From contig JBECKY010000077.1 in the NCBI GenBank assembly GCA_040235475.1, positions 1,517 to 65,516 on the forward strand: 64,000 bases of DNA, written 5' to 3'. Positions 11,062 to 19,623 of the stretch are shown here, piece after piece. This stretch comes from Pseudomonadales bacterium (GTDB taxonomy: Bacteria; Pseudomonadota; Gammaproteobacteria; Pseudomonadales; UBA3067). Below the pieces are notes generated by a model, which saw only the letters and a program-made list of their open reading frames with translations, did no database searches and had not been told where the DNA came from. Both the position numbers and the translations under genes were made by a program. Numbering within the stretch: position 1 is the stretch's first letter; every line of letters begins with the position of its first letter.

Positions 11062-11667
11062 CTAGTGCAATTGATCCGGCACGCCCCAGCTGTTAGGCAA
11101 ACTGCCGCTTTGCTCATCCAGACTGGCAAACTCGGAATAAATCAACATACTTGCCACGCGGATGTATTCACACACTTCACTATAAGCGGCCTCTGCCTCT
11201 TCCTCTTCTTCGATCTCTAGCTCTACATTTGCAACATCGACAATATCACGAATGGCTTCTTGCACTTCATCAGAGAACTCCGCTTCATTTAAATCGCCAC
11301 TACCCGTGCCAAAACCCACTAAAAACCCCTGACACCAGGCCGACAGCGCCTGCAAACGGCTATACAGATCGTCAATATCGTCATCTGGCAATAACAATTC
11401 AAATTCAAATTCTCCTGCTGAAAGCTGCTGGACTACCCCTGCATAAATATCCAGCAGGGATGCCTTAAACTCTGTGGAGACACTGCTATCCAATTCCAGG
11501 TGGGAAAGCACTAAATGTAAAATCTGGCCCTCATCAACACCCGAACCGGTACTAATAAAGCCCAGCATCAGCCCATGAACCTCAGACGGACTGCTCAACA
11601 AACCTTGATCGCCTAAAGCGGCGGCCAAAATCTCGAAATCGCTGTGTTCACTGTCATCATGATCCAT
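11062..11667 (-). CDS. ygfB: UPF0149 family protein YgfB
   Basis: 201-aa acidic protein at the conserved position upstream of pepP and divergent from zapA. Confidence 0.75.
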   Translation of the reverse strand: MDHDDSEHSDFEILAAALGDQGLLSSPSEVHGLMLGFISTGSGVDEGQILHLVLSHLELDSSVSTEFKASLLDIYAGVVQQLSAGEFEFELLLPDDDIDDLYSRLQALSAWCQGFLVGFGTGSGDLNEAEFSDEVQEAIRDIVDVANVELEIEEEEEAEAAYSEVCEYIRVASMLIYSEFASLDEQSGSLPNSWGVPDQLH

Positions 11668-11847
11668 TTAAACTCCTACTATCAACGCTAATTCTGTTAG
11701 ACTGTGCGCCGTTGATTATAAACTGTTTTTGTAGACTACTTATCATTATTTAGCAATCAAGGCGTGATCAAGGCCGTTGACCCGCAAGCAGCCACATTCT
11801 ATATTAGAAATCATAAACTTGGATAACTTGCTTAGAAACTGTTTAAT

Positions 11848-12060
11848 ATGTTTGATGACGACTTCGACAAACTGGAAGGCAAATTGGACTTACTGCTAGA
11901 GTCAGGTTTCGATTTTTATGACGAATATACCCTTCTAAAAGAAAATGAGTCTGCAATGGCGCTTGAACGCTCTGAGTTAATGCGCAAAAATGATATTGCC
12001 CGAGCCAAAGTGGAAGCAATGATCAACCGTTTAAAGTCATTGGATCAGAACTTTAAGTAG
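11848..12060 (+). CDS. Small coiled-coil protein (TIGR02449-like) found upstream of zapA in Pseudomonas-type genomes
   Basis: 70 aa with a heptad-like, charged sequence. It lies immediately upstream of zapA. Confidence 0.6.
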   Translation: MFDDDFDKLEGKLDLLLESGFDFYDEYTLLKENESAMALERSELMRKNDIARAKVEAMINRLKSLDQNFK

Positions 12061-12119
12061 TGCAAGGCATGAGAGCCTTCATAATCCGTTCATTTATCAA
12101 CTGACTTTGGTATTTTCGA

Positions 12120-12446
12120 ATGCAAGACACTCAACCCAATAGCGTGACTGTCCATATTCTGGACAAAGAGTATCGCGTGGCCTGCCCGGACGGGCAAGAA
12201 CAGTCACTCATAGAGGCTGCTCGTCAACTTGATGATAAAATGCGCTCTATCCGCCAGTCAGGCAAGGTTATTGGCATGGAAAGAATAGCGGTTATGGCCG
12301 CTCTTAATATCAGCAATGAATTGCTTCTGCTCAACTGCGAACACAATGAGCTAAAGGAAAAAACCAAACTGCGCCTGTCAAAAATCACTCAGAAAGTTGA
12401 TCACGCCCTTTCAAATCAAAAAAGCTCCAAAAATAAAAAAGCTTAA
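12120..12446 (+). CDS. zapA: Cell division protein ZapA
   Basis: 108 aa with the pattern VTVHILDKEYRVACPDGQEQSL…AALNISNEL typical of ZapA. It is followed by 6S RNA and 5-FCL, as in E. coli and Pseudomonas. Confidence 0.9.
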   Translation: MQDTQPNSVTVHILDKEYRVACPDGQEQSLIEAARQLDDKMRSIRQSGKVIGMERIAVMAALNISNELLLLNCEHNELKEKTKLRLSKITQKVDHALSNQKSSKNKKA

Positions 12447-12493
12447 GTACGCACTTGAAACAAATCTTAACCTGAAATTTTCTTTTTTTAGGT

Positions 12494-12499
12494 TATAAT
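12494..12499 (+). promoter_or_regulatory. -10 element (TATAAT) of the 6S RNA promoter
   Basis: A perfect TATAAT lies a few nt upstream of the 5' arm of the 6S closing stem. A CTGAAA -35-like hexamer lies 16 nt upstream. Confidence 0.5.
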
Positions 12500-12502
12500 G
12501 AA

Positions 12503-12682
12503 TTCGCTCCCTGGGATGTTCGCCAGCCCGTAAAGTCCGCGAGCCTATAATTTTTAAACTGGGGGCGACCAGTGCGTGTGGTGTGCATGTCCGTTTACCG
12601 GAAAGCCTTATACACGCCAGTTGCCCCCGCCTTGAACCGTTTGGTTCAAGGACTCATCGGGCAGCGGCATCCTGGAGAGTTT
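12503..12682 (+). ncRNA. ssrS: 6S RNA. The ends are approximate, within about 5 nt.
   Basis: The 5' arm GCTCCCTGGGATGTTCGCC and the 3' arm GGCAGCGGCATCCTGGAGAG form the closing stem. The internal CCTTGAACCGTTTGGTTCAAGG hairpin and GAAAGCCTTATAC align with E. coli 6S (…CCUUGAACCAAGGGUUCAAGG…GCGGCAUCUCGGAGA). The position between zapA and 5-FCL is conserved. Confidence 0.9.
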
Positions 12683-12807
12683 TATATTTTAGCGATATTA
12701 TCAATAAAACCTGATCAAGCGATCTGCCAATCTGTATTACTGAAAACTTTCCCGACAGCCTCAAGCTGTCGATCTAAGCGAGCAACGCTGTTTTAATACT
12801 AAAAATA

Positions 12808-13404
12808 ATGCCAAACAATGTACCCTTTAAAAAAAAACAGCGCGCCAAAATCAGGTCAAAAAGAGTTTCGCTATCAAAACATGAAAAAAAAGTTGCTGGA
12901 CAGCAGCTTTACAAGCAGATTGTCACTTCCCCTGAGTTTTTAAGAAGTCAGCACATTGCATTTTACCTGGCCAATGATGGCGAGATTGATCCCACATTGA
13001 TTATACAAAAGGCCTGGAGCATGGGCAAAGTATGTTATCTGCCAGTGCTTAACCCATTATCTTATTCTTCGTTAAGTTTTGTTAAATATAAAGCGGATAC
13101 TTATTTAAGAAAAAACCGTTTTAACATTCCAGAGCCAGATTTGATCCGGCAACATATTCGCCATCCCTGGGCTTTGGATCTGGTCTTCACACCTTTGGTC
13201 GGCTTTGATAACAAGGGTCATAGATTGGGCATGGGAGGGGGATTTTACGATAGGACTTTTGCTTTTAAGTTAAGGAACAAGTGTAGAAAACCCTTACTTG
13301 TCGGTTTAGCCTACGATTTTCAAAAGCTGGATACTTTACAAACAGACGCTTGGGACATTCGCCTGGAAAAAGTTGCAACTGAAAAAGCCTTTTACGCTTT
13401 TTAA
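12808..13404 (+). CDS. ygfA: 5-formyltetrahydrofolate cyclo-ligase
   Basis: 198 aa with the GLGMGGGFYDRT motif. It sits at the conserved position downstream of ssrS. Confidence 0.9.
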   Translation: MPNNVPFKKKQRAKIRSKRVSLSKHEKKVAGQQLYKQIVTSPEFLRSQHIAFYLANDGEIDPTLIIQKAWSMGKVCYLPVLNPLSYSSLSFVKYKADTYLRKNRFNIPEPDLIRQHIRHPWALDLVFTPLVGFDNKGHRLGMGGGFYDRTFAFKLRNKCRKPLLVGLAYDFQKLDTLQTDAWDIRLEKVATEKAFYAF

Positions 13405-13416
13405 GTTAAAAGCAGC

Positions 13417-14373
13417 TTACGCAGCTTGAAGCAATATCATTCCGTAATATTTGTTTTCATCAAACCAGTTGCTGGCAACATTCCATTGTGTGCCGCTTAG
13501 CAGGCCTGTAATGCTAGGCAATGTGTATTTGTGAGAGTTTTCTGTATGAATGCTTTCATTTTCGGAAAAAGAAAATTCTTTATCAGCAACTTTCACCACC
13601 TGATCTTTGGTACTGACAAGATGAATTTCAATACGATTTTTATCTGAATTAAAATGGGCGCTGTGTTTAAAACAGTTTAAGTCAAAATTTCCATCCAGCT
13701 CCCGATTAATTCGCGCCAGTAAATTTAAATTAAAACGTGCGGTAACGGCTTCCTTGTCATCGTAAGCCCTAACCAGCACATCCGGATCTTTTACTAAATC
13801 ATAACCCATCAATAAATAGGCATTATTATTTAGCTGCTTACGTATACGTCGCAAGAAAGTTTTTGCTTCATTGTATTCAAAATTACCGATGGTTGAACCC
13901 GGTAAAAATCCCAAGTGCGGCCCCGGTAATTCGCTTGATAATGTTGGTAAATCCTCGAAACTTCCTAGCAAGGGCTGAACTTCAATTTCAGGCCTAACAC
14001 TGCCAATACTTTCTGCAGTTGAACAAAGCTGGTCTTCTGCTACGTCTATCGGCACATAATGACTCAACTGATCCAAGGCCTTGACCAGTATTTCTGTACG
14101 TTCACCTGAGCCACCCCCGTATTCGATAATGCTTGCAACATTTGTTAATTGCTCAGTCAATTCATTTTCGATATCGGTTAATAACCTGGTTTCTGTTCGC
14201 GTCAAGTAATATTCTTCAAGCTCGGTAATTTCCTTATAAATCTTACACCCCGACTCATCATAAAAATACTTGGGTAAAAGCTTCTTTTGGCCTTGTGATA
14301 AACCATTAATAACATCTGTATAAAAAATATTTTTCTCTTTGCTGCTGGTTATTTCTTTTACACACATATCCAT
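13417..14373 (-). CDS. egtD: L-histidine N-alpha-methyltransferase (ergothioneine biosynthesis EgtD)
   Basis: 318 aa. LPKYFYDESGCKIYKEITELEEYYLTRTE and EYGGGSGERT match the EgtD signature (YFYD…EYY.TR.E, the SAM-binding G-x-G loop). It is adjacent to egtB. Confidence 0.85.
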   Translation of the reverse strand: MDMCVKEITSSKEKNIFYTDVINGLSQGQKKLLPKYFYDESGCKIYKEITELEEYYLTRTETRLLTDIENELTEQLTNVASIIEYGGGSGERTEILVKALDQLSHYVPIDVAEDQLCSTAESIGSVRPEIEVQPLLGSFEDLPTLSSELPGPHLGFLPGSTIGNFEYNEAKTFLRRIRKQLNNNAYLLMGYDLVKDPDVLVRAYDDKEAVTARFNLNLLARINRELDGNFDLNCFKHSAHFNSDKNRIEIHLVSTKDQVVKVADKEFSFSENESIHTENSHKYTLPSITGLLSGTQWNVASNWFDENKYYGMILLQAA

Positions 14374-14502
14374 GACGTATTACCCTTTTTGTTCGTTGCC
14401 TGGCTTGTTAACCCTGAAAAAGTCATGGCAGATTTTTGCAGGTATTTTGTTAATAATGCGTAGCAAAAACGTGGTTTTTCCTTGAATTTTTAACACCATC
14501 CT

Positions 14503-15678
14503 TTACCTTGCAAGACGTAAACCAGTGTATTGCCAACGCTGATGCGGATAAAAAAAATTGCGGTAAGTAATTCGACTATGATTTTTTGCTGTAGCCGATG
14601 AGCTCCCGCGTAAAACAAACTGATTACACATAAACTTGCCATTGTATTCACCGACTGCACCGCTGGCAATCTGATACCCTGGGTACGCCTGGTAGGGGCT
14701 GCTGGTCCATTGCCACACCTGATCAAACCCTTGTCTTTGTTCTAGCTTATGTTGTGTCATCGCCACTTCCCATTCGAACTCTGTTGGCAACCGCACACCT
14801 GCCCAACGTGCATAGGCATCAGCTTCAAAATAACTTATATGACGCACCGGCGCATTGAGATCCAGTACTTGCAGGCCATTAAGTGTCATTTCATACCATT
14901 GCCCCTCGTGCTGTAGCCAGTACAAAGGTTGCTGCCAATTTTCTTTTTGAAGCATTGCCCAGCCATCCGACAACCAAAACTGAGGATTTCTATAGCCACC
15001 GGCTCCCATAAAACCCAACCACTCATTATTAGTGATCAGACAACTTGCAATCTCAAATGCCCGCAACAGCACTTCGTGCCGAGGTGTTTCATTATCGTAA
15101 CTAAAGCCATTGCCATCATGGCCGATTGGATAAATATTGTTATCACAAGCCAGCCAATACATCTCCTGTTTTTCAAAAGGTTTTATTTTATCGATTTTAT
15201 AGGCAGGTTTAAGCGGGTTTTGGGCAAACAGATGGAGCATATCGGTGAGCAAAAGCTCTTGATGCTGCTGCTCATGATTTAAACCAAGCGCAAGCAAAAA
15301 ATGCAAATCAGTTTTGTTTTCTGGCCAAGCCTTCAGCAAAGACAAGATGTGTTTATCGACATAGGCCCTGTAGTCTAAAATTTCATCACGGCTTGGTCGG
15401 GTAATCAGACCGCGTTTTGAACGCAGAAGTTGAGGGCCGACTGATTCATAATAGGAATTAAACAGAAATTTGAATTTTTCATGATAACAGACATAGTCCG
15501 GCAGGAATTCTGACAAGATAAATGTTTCAAAAAACCAGGTCGTATGCGCTAAATGCCATTTTGCAGGGCTGGCATCAGGCATCGACTGGGCTGTCATATC
15601 TGCATCAGAAAGGCCGGCCACTAATTCAACAGAAGCGCGGCGAACTGCTTGAAAAGTTTCGGCCTTGGGTAATTCCAT
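14503..15678 (-). CDS. egtB: Ergothioneine biosynthesis sulfoxide synthase EgtB (DinB-like N-domain plus FGE-sulfatase-like C-domain)
   Basis: 391 aa. The N-terminal DinB_2-like metal site is present (WHLAHTTWFFE, NHEQQHQELLL). The C-terminal region is FGE-like (VWQWTSSPY…GSS…RNFF). It lies upstream of egtD. Confidence 0.8.
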   Translation of the reverse strand: MELPKAETFQAVRRASVELVAGLSDADMTAQSMPDASPAKWHLAHTTWFFETFILSEFLPDYVCYHEKFKFLFNSYYESVGPQLLRSKRGLITRPSRDEILDYRAYVDKHILSLLKAWPENKTDLHFLLALGLNHEQQHQELLLTDMLHLFAQNPLKPAYKIDKIKPFEKQEMYWLACDNNIYPIGHDGNGFSYDNETPRHEVLLRAFEIASCLITNNEWLGFMGAGGYRNPQFWLSDGWAMLQKENWQQPLYWLQHEGQWYEMTLNGLQVLDLNAPVRHISYFEADAYARWAGVRLPTEFEWEVAMTQHKLEQRQGFDQVWQWTSSPYQAYPGYQIASGAVGEYNGKFMCNQFVLRGSSSATAKNHSRITYRNFFYPHQRWQYTGLRLAR

Positions 15679-15729
15679 TTAAGCCTCCTTAATTAAACAC
15701 TTAGCTCCCGCGATCCCATAAACTTTATA

Positions 15730-16554
15730 TTAATCCACATCTCGACGCACAGCCTCTAACATTCTCTCGTATATTTTACGAATACCTGCCTGATGACTAT
15801 AGGCAAAAGAGTAACGAAGCTCTGCTCTGGTTTGTGAATCAAACAGGCTATCATTTTGATAGTTTAATGATAAGGAAATATTTTTCTGAGGGCGGGTCTC
15901 GAAGCTAAGGCGTCCGCCATTAGCCTCTTCACCACTATCGCCTGAAAAGGTATAGGCCGTAAAAAAAACCCGGCTCTCCCATTTGAATGTATTTATTAAA
16001 TAAGCCAACTCAATATCAAAGCCATCTAGTACTTCTTCGCGAACGCCACTAACAAAAATACGCCTTCCAAAAAATTGTTTCGCTGCAACCGGGGAATCCA
16101 CTAAATTTTTATCAGAGGCAGGAGTATAGATATTAAAGCGCAAATCCCATTGCTCGCTTAAAAATTCGGCGCCTATGGTCAGTTGGTTAAAGCGGTTATC
16201 AACAAAGGTAGTGCGGGTATCATAAAACAGGTTCGCTCCAATAATATAACCACCTCGCAGCTTTCGGTAACCTGTCCCAAGACTTATTTCGGTGGTGTCT
16301 TCACTGGAGCGGGTAGCACGAAAATCTGCATAAGACAGTGATGAAGAATTTTGCCACACTGGCAACAATACATTAAAGCCTGTTATATCCCTTTCATCAC
16401 CAGGACTAGCAAATATTTCTATATTATAGTCCCAGGTGTCTTCAACGGCCTGAACTGCTGGAGCAAGAAAAGAAGCGCTTACGCAAAGAACCCGCCATTT
16501 AACAATAAACGTCAGCAGAAAATAGCGTGTCGCTACTTTGCTTTTATGTCTCAT
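15730..16554 (-). CDS. Outer-membrane beta-barrel protein resembling the inverse-autotransporter (intimin/invasin) beta domain, with no passenger
   Basis: 274 aa with a signal peptide (…APAVQA/VED). Alternating beta-strand patterns parallel the intimin/invasin barrel (GANLFYDTR…LTIGAEFLSEQWDLRFNIY, DGFDIELAYL, LSLNYQND…AELRYSF). The protein ends about 20 aa after the last strand. Confidence 0.5.
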   Translation of the reverse strand: MRHKSKVATRYFLLTFIVKWRVLCVSASFLAPAVQAVEDTWDYNIEIFASPGDERDITGFNVLLPVWQNSSSLSYADFRATRSSEDTTEISLGTGYRKLRGGYIIGANLFYDTRTTFVDNRFNQLTIGAEFLSEQWDLRFNIYTPASDKNLVDSPVAAKQFFGRRIFVSGVREEVLDGFDIELAYLINTFKWESRVFFTAYTFSGDSGEEANGGRLSFETRPQKNISLSLNYQNDSLFDSQTRAELRYSFAYSHQAGIRKIYERMLEAVRRDVD

Positions 16555-16837
16555 ATAACCCCTTAACGCTTAAAAAACAGCTTGGGCCTTATTCGCCCTG
16601 TACGCTATTGATAAATAATCATCTGAGGCCAAAGTATAACGGGATGATTGAGAAACACACAAGCTAAGAGCCTGAATGCCAATTAATACTTATTACATTT
16701 AATTTAAAATTGGAAGTGTGAAAATCAGATGGATAAAGCAACTAAAACGGGTTGTGACTTCCTAATGCTCAGGCCCGAGGCGTGAACTGCACGTAAGGCC
16801 CATTTCTAAGCTTTACGGGATACGCCCCAGAGGGGCA

Positions 16838-16963
16838 TCAGCGAATATAAATTTTTTGGGCTACACTTTGAGGATCATTCTGACCTAAAGTATAACTACT
16901 GACCAATACACCCAGGCCAAATACCAAGGCTAACACAACGAGTAAATCTGGTTTTTTCTTCAT
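16838..16963 (-). CDS. Possible 41-aa small membrane or secreted peptide, below the ORF-track threshold
   Basis: My hand translation gives MKKKPDLLVVLALVFGLGVLVSSYTLGQNDPQSVAQKIYIR*. It has a basic N-terminus and a hydrophobic helix. Only a distant AGGAAG lies upstream. It is the only plausible ORF in a roughly 720-nt gap. Confidence 0.3.
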   Translation of the reverse strand: MKKKPDLLVVLALVFGLGVLVSSYTLGQNDPQSVAQKIYIR

Positions 16964-17274
16964 GAGCTTTAATTAAACTTCCTGTTACAATTCATCTAGG
17001 GCTTGTTACAGCCACTTTGAGCAGGTTTAAAATATGGAATATCCATCAAAGATATTGGTTCAATTTACTCTTAATTATTGAAAATGTTTAGGATCTATTC
17101 CTCAAATCATTATATTTTTTAACAAAAAATAAAAATTCGTCACAGTTCACATGAGGCAATGGCCCCTTAGATGGCGACTGTTTATACCCTATGATTTGTT
17201 GGCCCTGAAAAACCCGATCCTCCGGGCACTTCTCAAGATCAGCTATTTATAGGCTCGCAAGACCGTGCTTTTGG

Positions 17275-18786
17275 CTAGCTCAAAAACATTTTGAACGCTG
17301 CGTTATCAGTTTCATCCCAAAATCGATAGCCAAAAGCTTGCATGTATTGATCAAGTTTTTTTGCTTCAATGCCTGTCACCTGAAAGCCAACCACAACACG
17401 TCCATAGGCTGCACCGTGATTACGGTAATGAAATAAGCTGATATTCCATTGCTGCCCCAGCCCCTTTAAAAAGCCACTCAAGGCTCCTGGCCGCTCCGGA
17501 AATTCAAATCGATAAAGCTTTTCAGCATGCTCGCCGTGCGAACGCCCACCCACCAGATGACGAATATGCAGCTTGGCTAACTCATTCGTTGACATGTCAA
17601 CAACGGTATAGTTTTTGGAACGTAATCGCTCAATCAACATTTCCCGGTCCCCGGCAGCGGAAAGCTGCACGCCAACAAATACATGAGCCTCGTCACTATC
17701 GGCATAGCGATAGTTGAATTCGGTAATATTTCTTTTGCCCAAGGCCTGGCAGAATTTTTTGAAGCTGCCAGGCTTCTCGGGGATTGTAACTGCCAATATA
17801 GCCTCGCGATGCTCACCCAATTCGGTACGCTCGGAAATATGCCTTAAGCGATCAAAATTGGTGTTAGCGCCACTGTTGATCGCCATCATGGATTTCCCAT
17901 GCATGCCTTTCGCAACACAGTATTTTTTTAGCCCGGCAAGGGATAAGGCGCCAGCGGGTTCTGCAATTGAGCGGGTATCTTCAAAAATATCCTTAATGCT
18001 TGCACAAATCTCATCAGCATTCACCGTTACCACTTCATCTACACAGGCCTTAGCTAACCTGAAAGTCTCCTTACCTATTTGCGCCACTGCAACGCCATCG
18101 GCAAATAAACCCACTTCCGACAAAACCACTCGCCGGTTTTTTTCTAAAGCTGCTGCCAGACAGGCTGAGTCTTCAGCTTCCACAGCAATAATCTTCACAC
18201 TAGGACGCAGGTATTTTATATATGTACCAACACCCGAAATCAGGCCGCCACCCCCAACAGGAATAAACACAGCATCAAGTGGCTTCGAGTGTTGGCGCAA
18301 AATTTCCATACCTACCGTTCCCTGCCCGGCTATTACCGCAGGGTCATCATAAGGATGAACAAAAGCATAGGCATGTTTCTGCGCCATTGCTACAGCCAGC
18401 TTACAGGCTTGATCAAAGGTGTCACCGTGTAAAACCACTTTTGCGCCATAAGCTTTTACAGACATTACCTTTATATCCGGTGTGGTTTCCGGCATAACAA
18501 TGATGGCCTTAACCCCGAGCTTTTGCGCAGCATAGGCCACCCCCTGAGCATGATTACCCGCTGATGCCGCAATCACACCTTTAGTCAATTTTTCTGCAGG
18601 TAAATTGACAATATGGTTGTAGGCTCCACGAAGCTTAAAAGAGTGGATGGGCTGTAAATCCTCACGCTTGATATAAATATGGTTATCAAGGCGCGCAGAT
18701 AGAAAAGGCGCATAGTCGATAGGTGTTTGCTCCACCACATCATATACCCTGGCCTCAAGAATCTGCTTAATATATTTTGTCGGCAT
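17275..18786 (-). CDS. ilvA: Biosynthetic threonine ammonia-lyase (threonine dehydratase)
   Basis: 503 aa with the PLP-lysine motif (SFKLRGA) and two C-terminal ACT-like regulatory repeats. Confidence 0.95.
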   Translation of the reverse strand: MPTKYIKQILEARVYDVVEQTPIDYAPFLSARLDNHIYIKREDLQPIHSFKLRGAYNHIVNLPAEKLTKGVIAASAGNHAQGVAYAAQKLGVKAIIVMPETTPDIKVMSVKAYGAKVVLHGDTFDQACKLAVAMAQKHAYAFVHPYDDPAVIAGQGTVGMEILRQHSKPLDAVFIPVGGGGLISGVGTYIKYLRPSVKIIAVEAEDSACLAAALEKNRRVVLSEVGLFADGVAVAQIGKETFRLAKACVDEVVTVNADEICASIKDIFEDTRSIAEPAGALSLAGLKKYCVAKGMHGKSMMAINSGANTNFDRLRHISERTELGEHREAILAVTIPEKPGSFKKFCQALGKRNITEFNYRYADSDEAHVFVGVQLSAAGDREMLIERLRSKNYTVVDMSTNELAKLHIRHLVGGRSHGEHAEKLYRFEFPERPGALSGFLKGLGQQWNISLFHYRNHGAAYGRVVVGFQVTGIEAKKLDQYMQAFGYRFWDETDNAAFKMFLS

Positions 18787-18935
18787 ACTGGTTCCGCTGC
18801 AATAAAATTAACTGCTCAATTGCCTAGTTTACTGAATCTAGTTTAATTATTCGATACACTAGAGCATTCTTATATACAAAGCTTGCTTAAACTCATCATA
18901 ATTTCAGCAAGCCTGTAACCGAGGCACAGACCACC

Positions 18936-19598
18936 ATGTCCCAAGATGACCTTAAAAAAGCCTGCGCTGAGGCAGCCATTGCTTATATTACTGAAGATTC
19001 CATTGTCGGCGTGGGTACCGGCTCTACCACCAATTATTTTATTGATGCCCTGGCCAACATCAAACACAAAATTGAAGGGGCCGTAGCCAGCTCTGAAGCC
19101 TCTGCTGAGCGCTTGAAAGCTTACGGCATAGCGGTTTTCGATTTAAACGCAGTTAATGAGGTGCCGGTGTATGTTGATGGTGCCGACGAAGCCAATGAGC
19201 ATCTGGCCTTGATTAAAGGCGGCGGCGGCGCATTAACGCGTGAAAAAATCATTGCTGCCGTTGCCGAGAAGTTTGTCTGTATTGCCGACTGCTCAAAAAA
19301 AGTGGATGTTTTGGGTCGTTTCCCTTTGCCGGTGGAAGTCATCCCTATGGCCAGAAGTTATGTTGCAAGACAGCTGGTTAAGCTTGGTGGCGACCCGGTT
19401 TATCGGGAAGGGTTCCTTACTGACAACGGCAATATCATTCTTGATGTTTACAACATGAGTATTGTTAATCCTGTTGCCATGGAAAGAGATATTAATAATA
19501 TTACCGGGGTAGTCACCAACGGCTTATTCGCCCGGCGCCCTGCGGATATTTTGCTACTGGCTGATAAAAGCGGTGTACAAACTTTAACTCGGGATTAA
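18936..19598 (+). CDS. rpiA: Ribose-5-phosphate isomerase A
   Basis: 220 aa with the GVGTGST, DGADE and [11 protein letters not shown] motifs. Confidence 0.95.
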   Translation: MSQDDLKKACAEAAIAYITEDSIVGVGTGSTTNYFIDALANIKHKIEGAVASSEASAERLKAYGIAVFDLNAVNEVPVYVDGADEANEHLALIKGGGGALTREKIIAAVAEKFVCIADCSKKVDVLGRFPLPVEVIPMARSYVARQLVKLGGDPVYREGFLTDNGNIILDVYNMSIVNPVAMERDINNITGVVTNGLFARRPADILLLADKSGVQTLTRD

Positions 19599-19623
19599 AG
19601 GTTGCTGGTCTAAAGTTACCGGC

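Noticed and set aside
12572-12796. 74-aa plus-strand ORF between zapA and the 5-FCL gene
   Set aside because: It overlaps the 3' half of the 6S RNA, whose conserved stems account for the sequence. It has no RBS and a GTG start inside the RNA.
14490-14726. 78-aa minus-strand ORF overlapping the 3' end of egtB in another frame
   Set aside because: The overlapping egtB frame carries the conserved FGE-like C-terminus, and the alternative frame has no features.
17714-18352. 212-aa ORF antisense to ilvA. Similar long shadow ORFs occur at 42480..43133 (217 aa, in chpA), 49533..50015 (160 aa, in pilJ), 33415..33855 (in tkt), 59305..59718 (in pyrB), 60342..60737 (in pyrC') and 1911..2360.
   Set aside because: Each lies entirely inside, and antisense to, a confidently identified conserved gene. 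The translations are low-complexity (Ser/Pro/Ala/Cys/Arg-rich) with no recognisable motifs, which is typical of shadow ORFs.
18881-18912. GCTTGCT-N18-AGCAAGC inverted repeat in the rpiA leader, and the overlapping 65-aa ORF 18870..19067
   Set aside because: The stem is short and the loop is large, and it is not followed by a U-tract or any recognisable regulatory motif. The ORF is antisense to the rpiA start and has no support.
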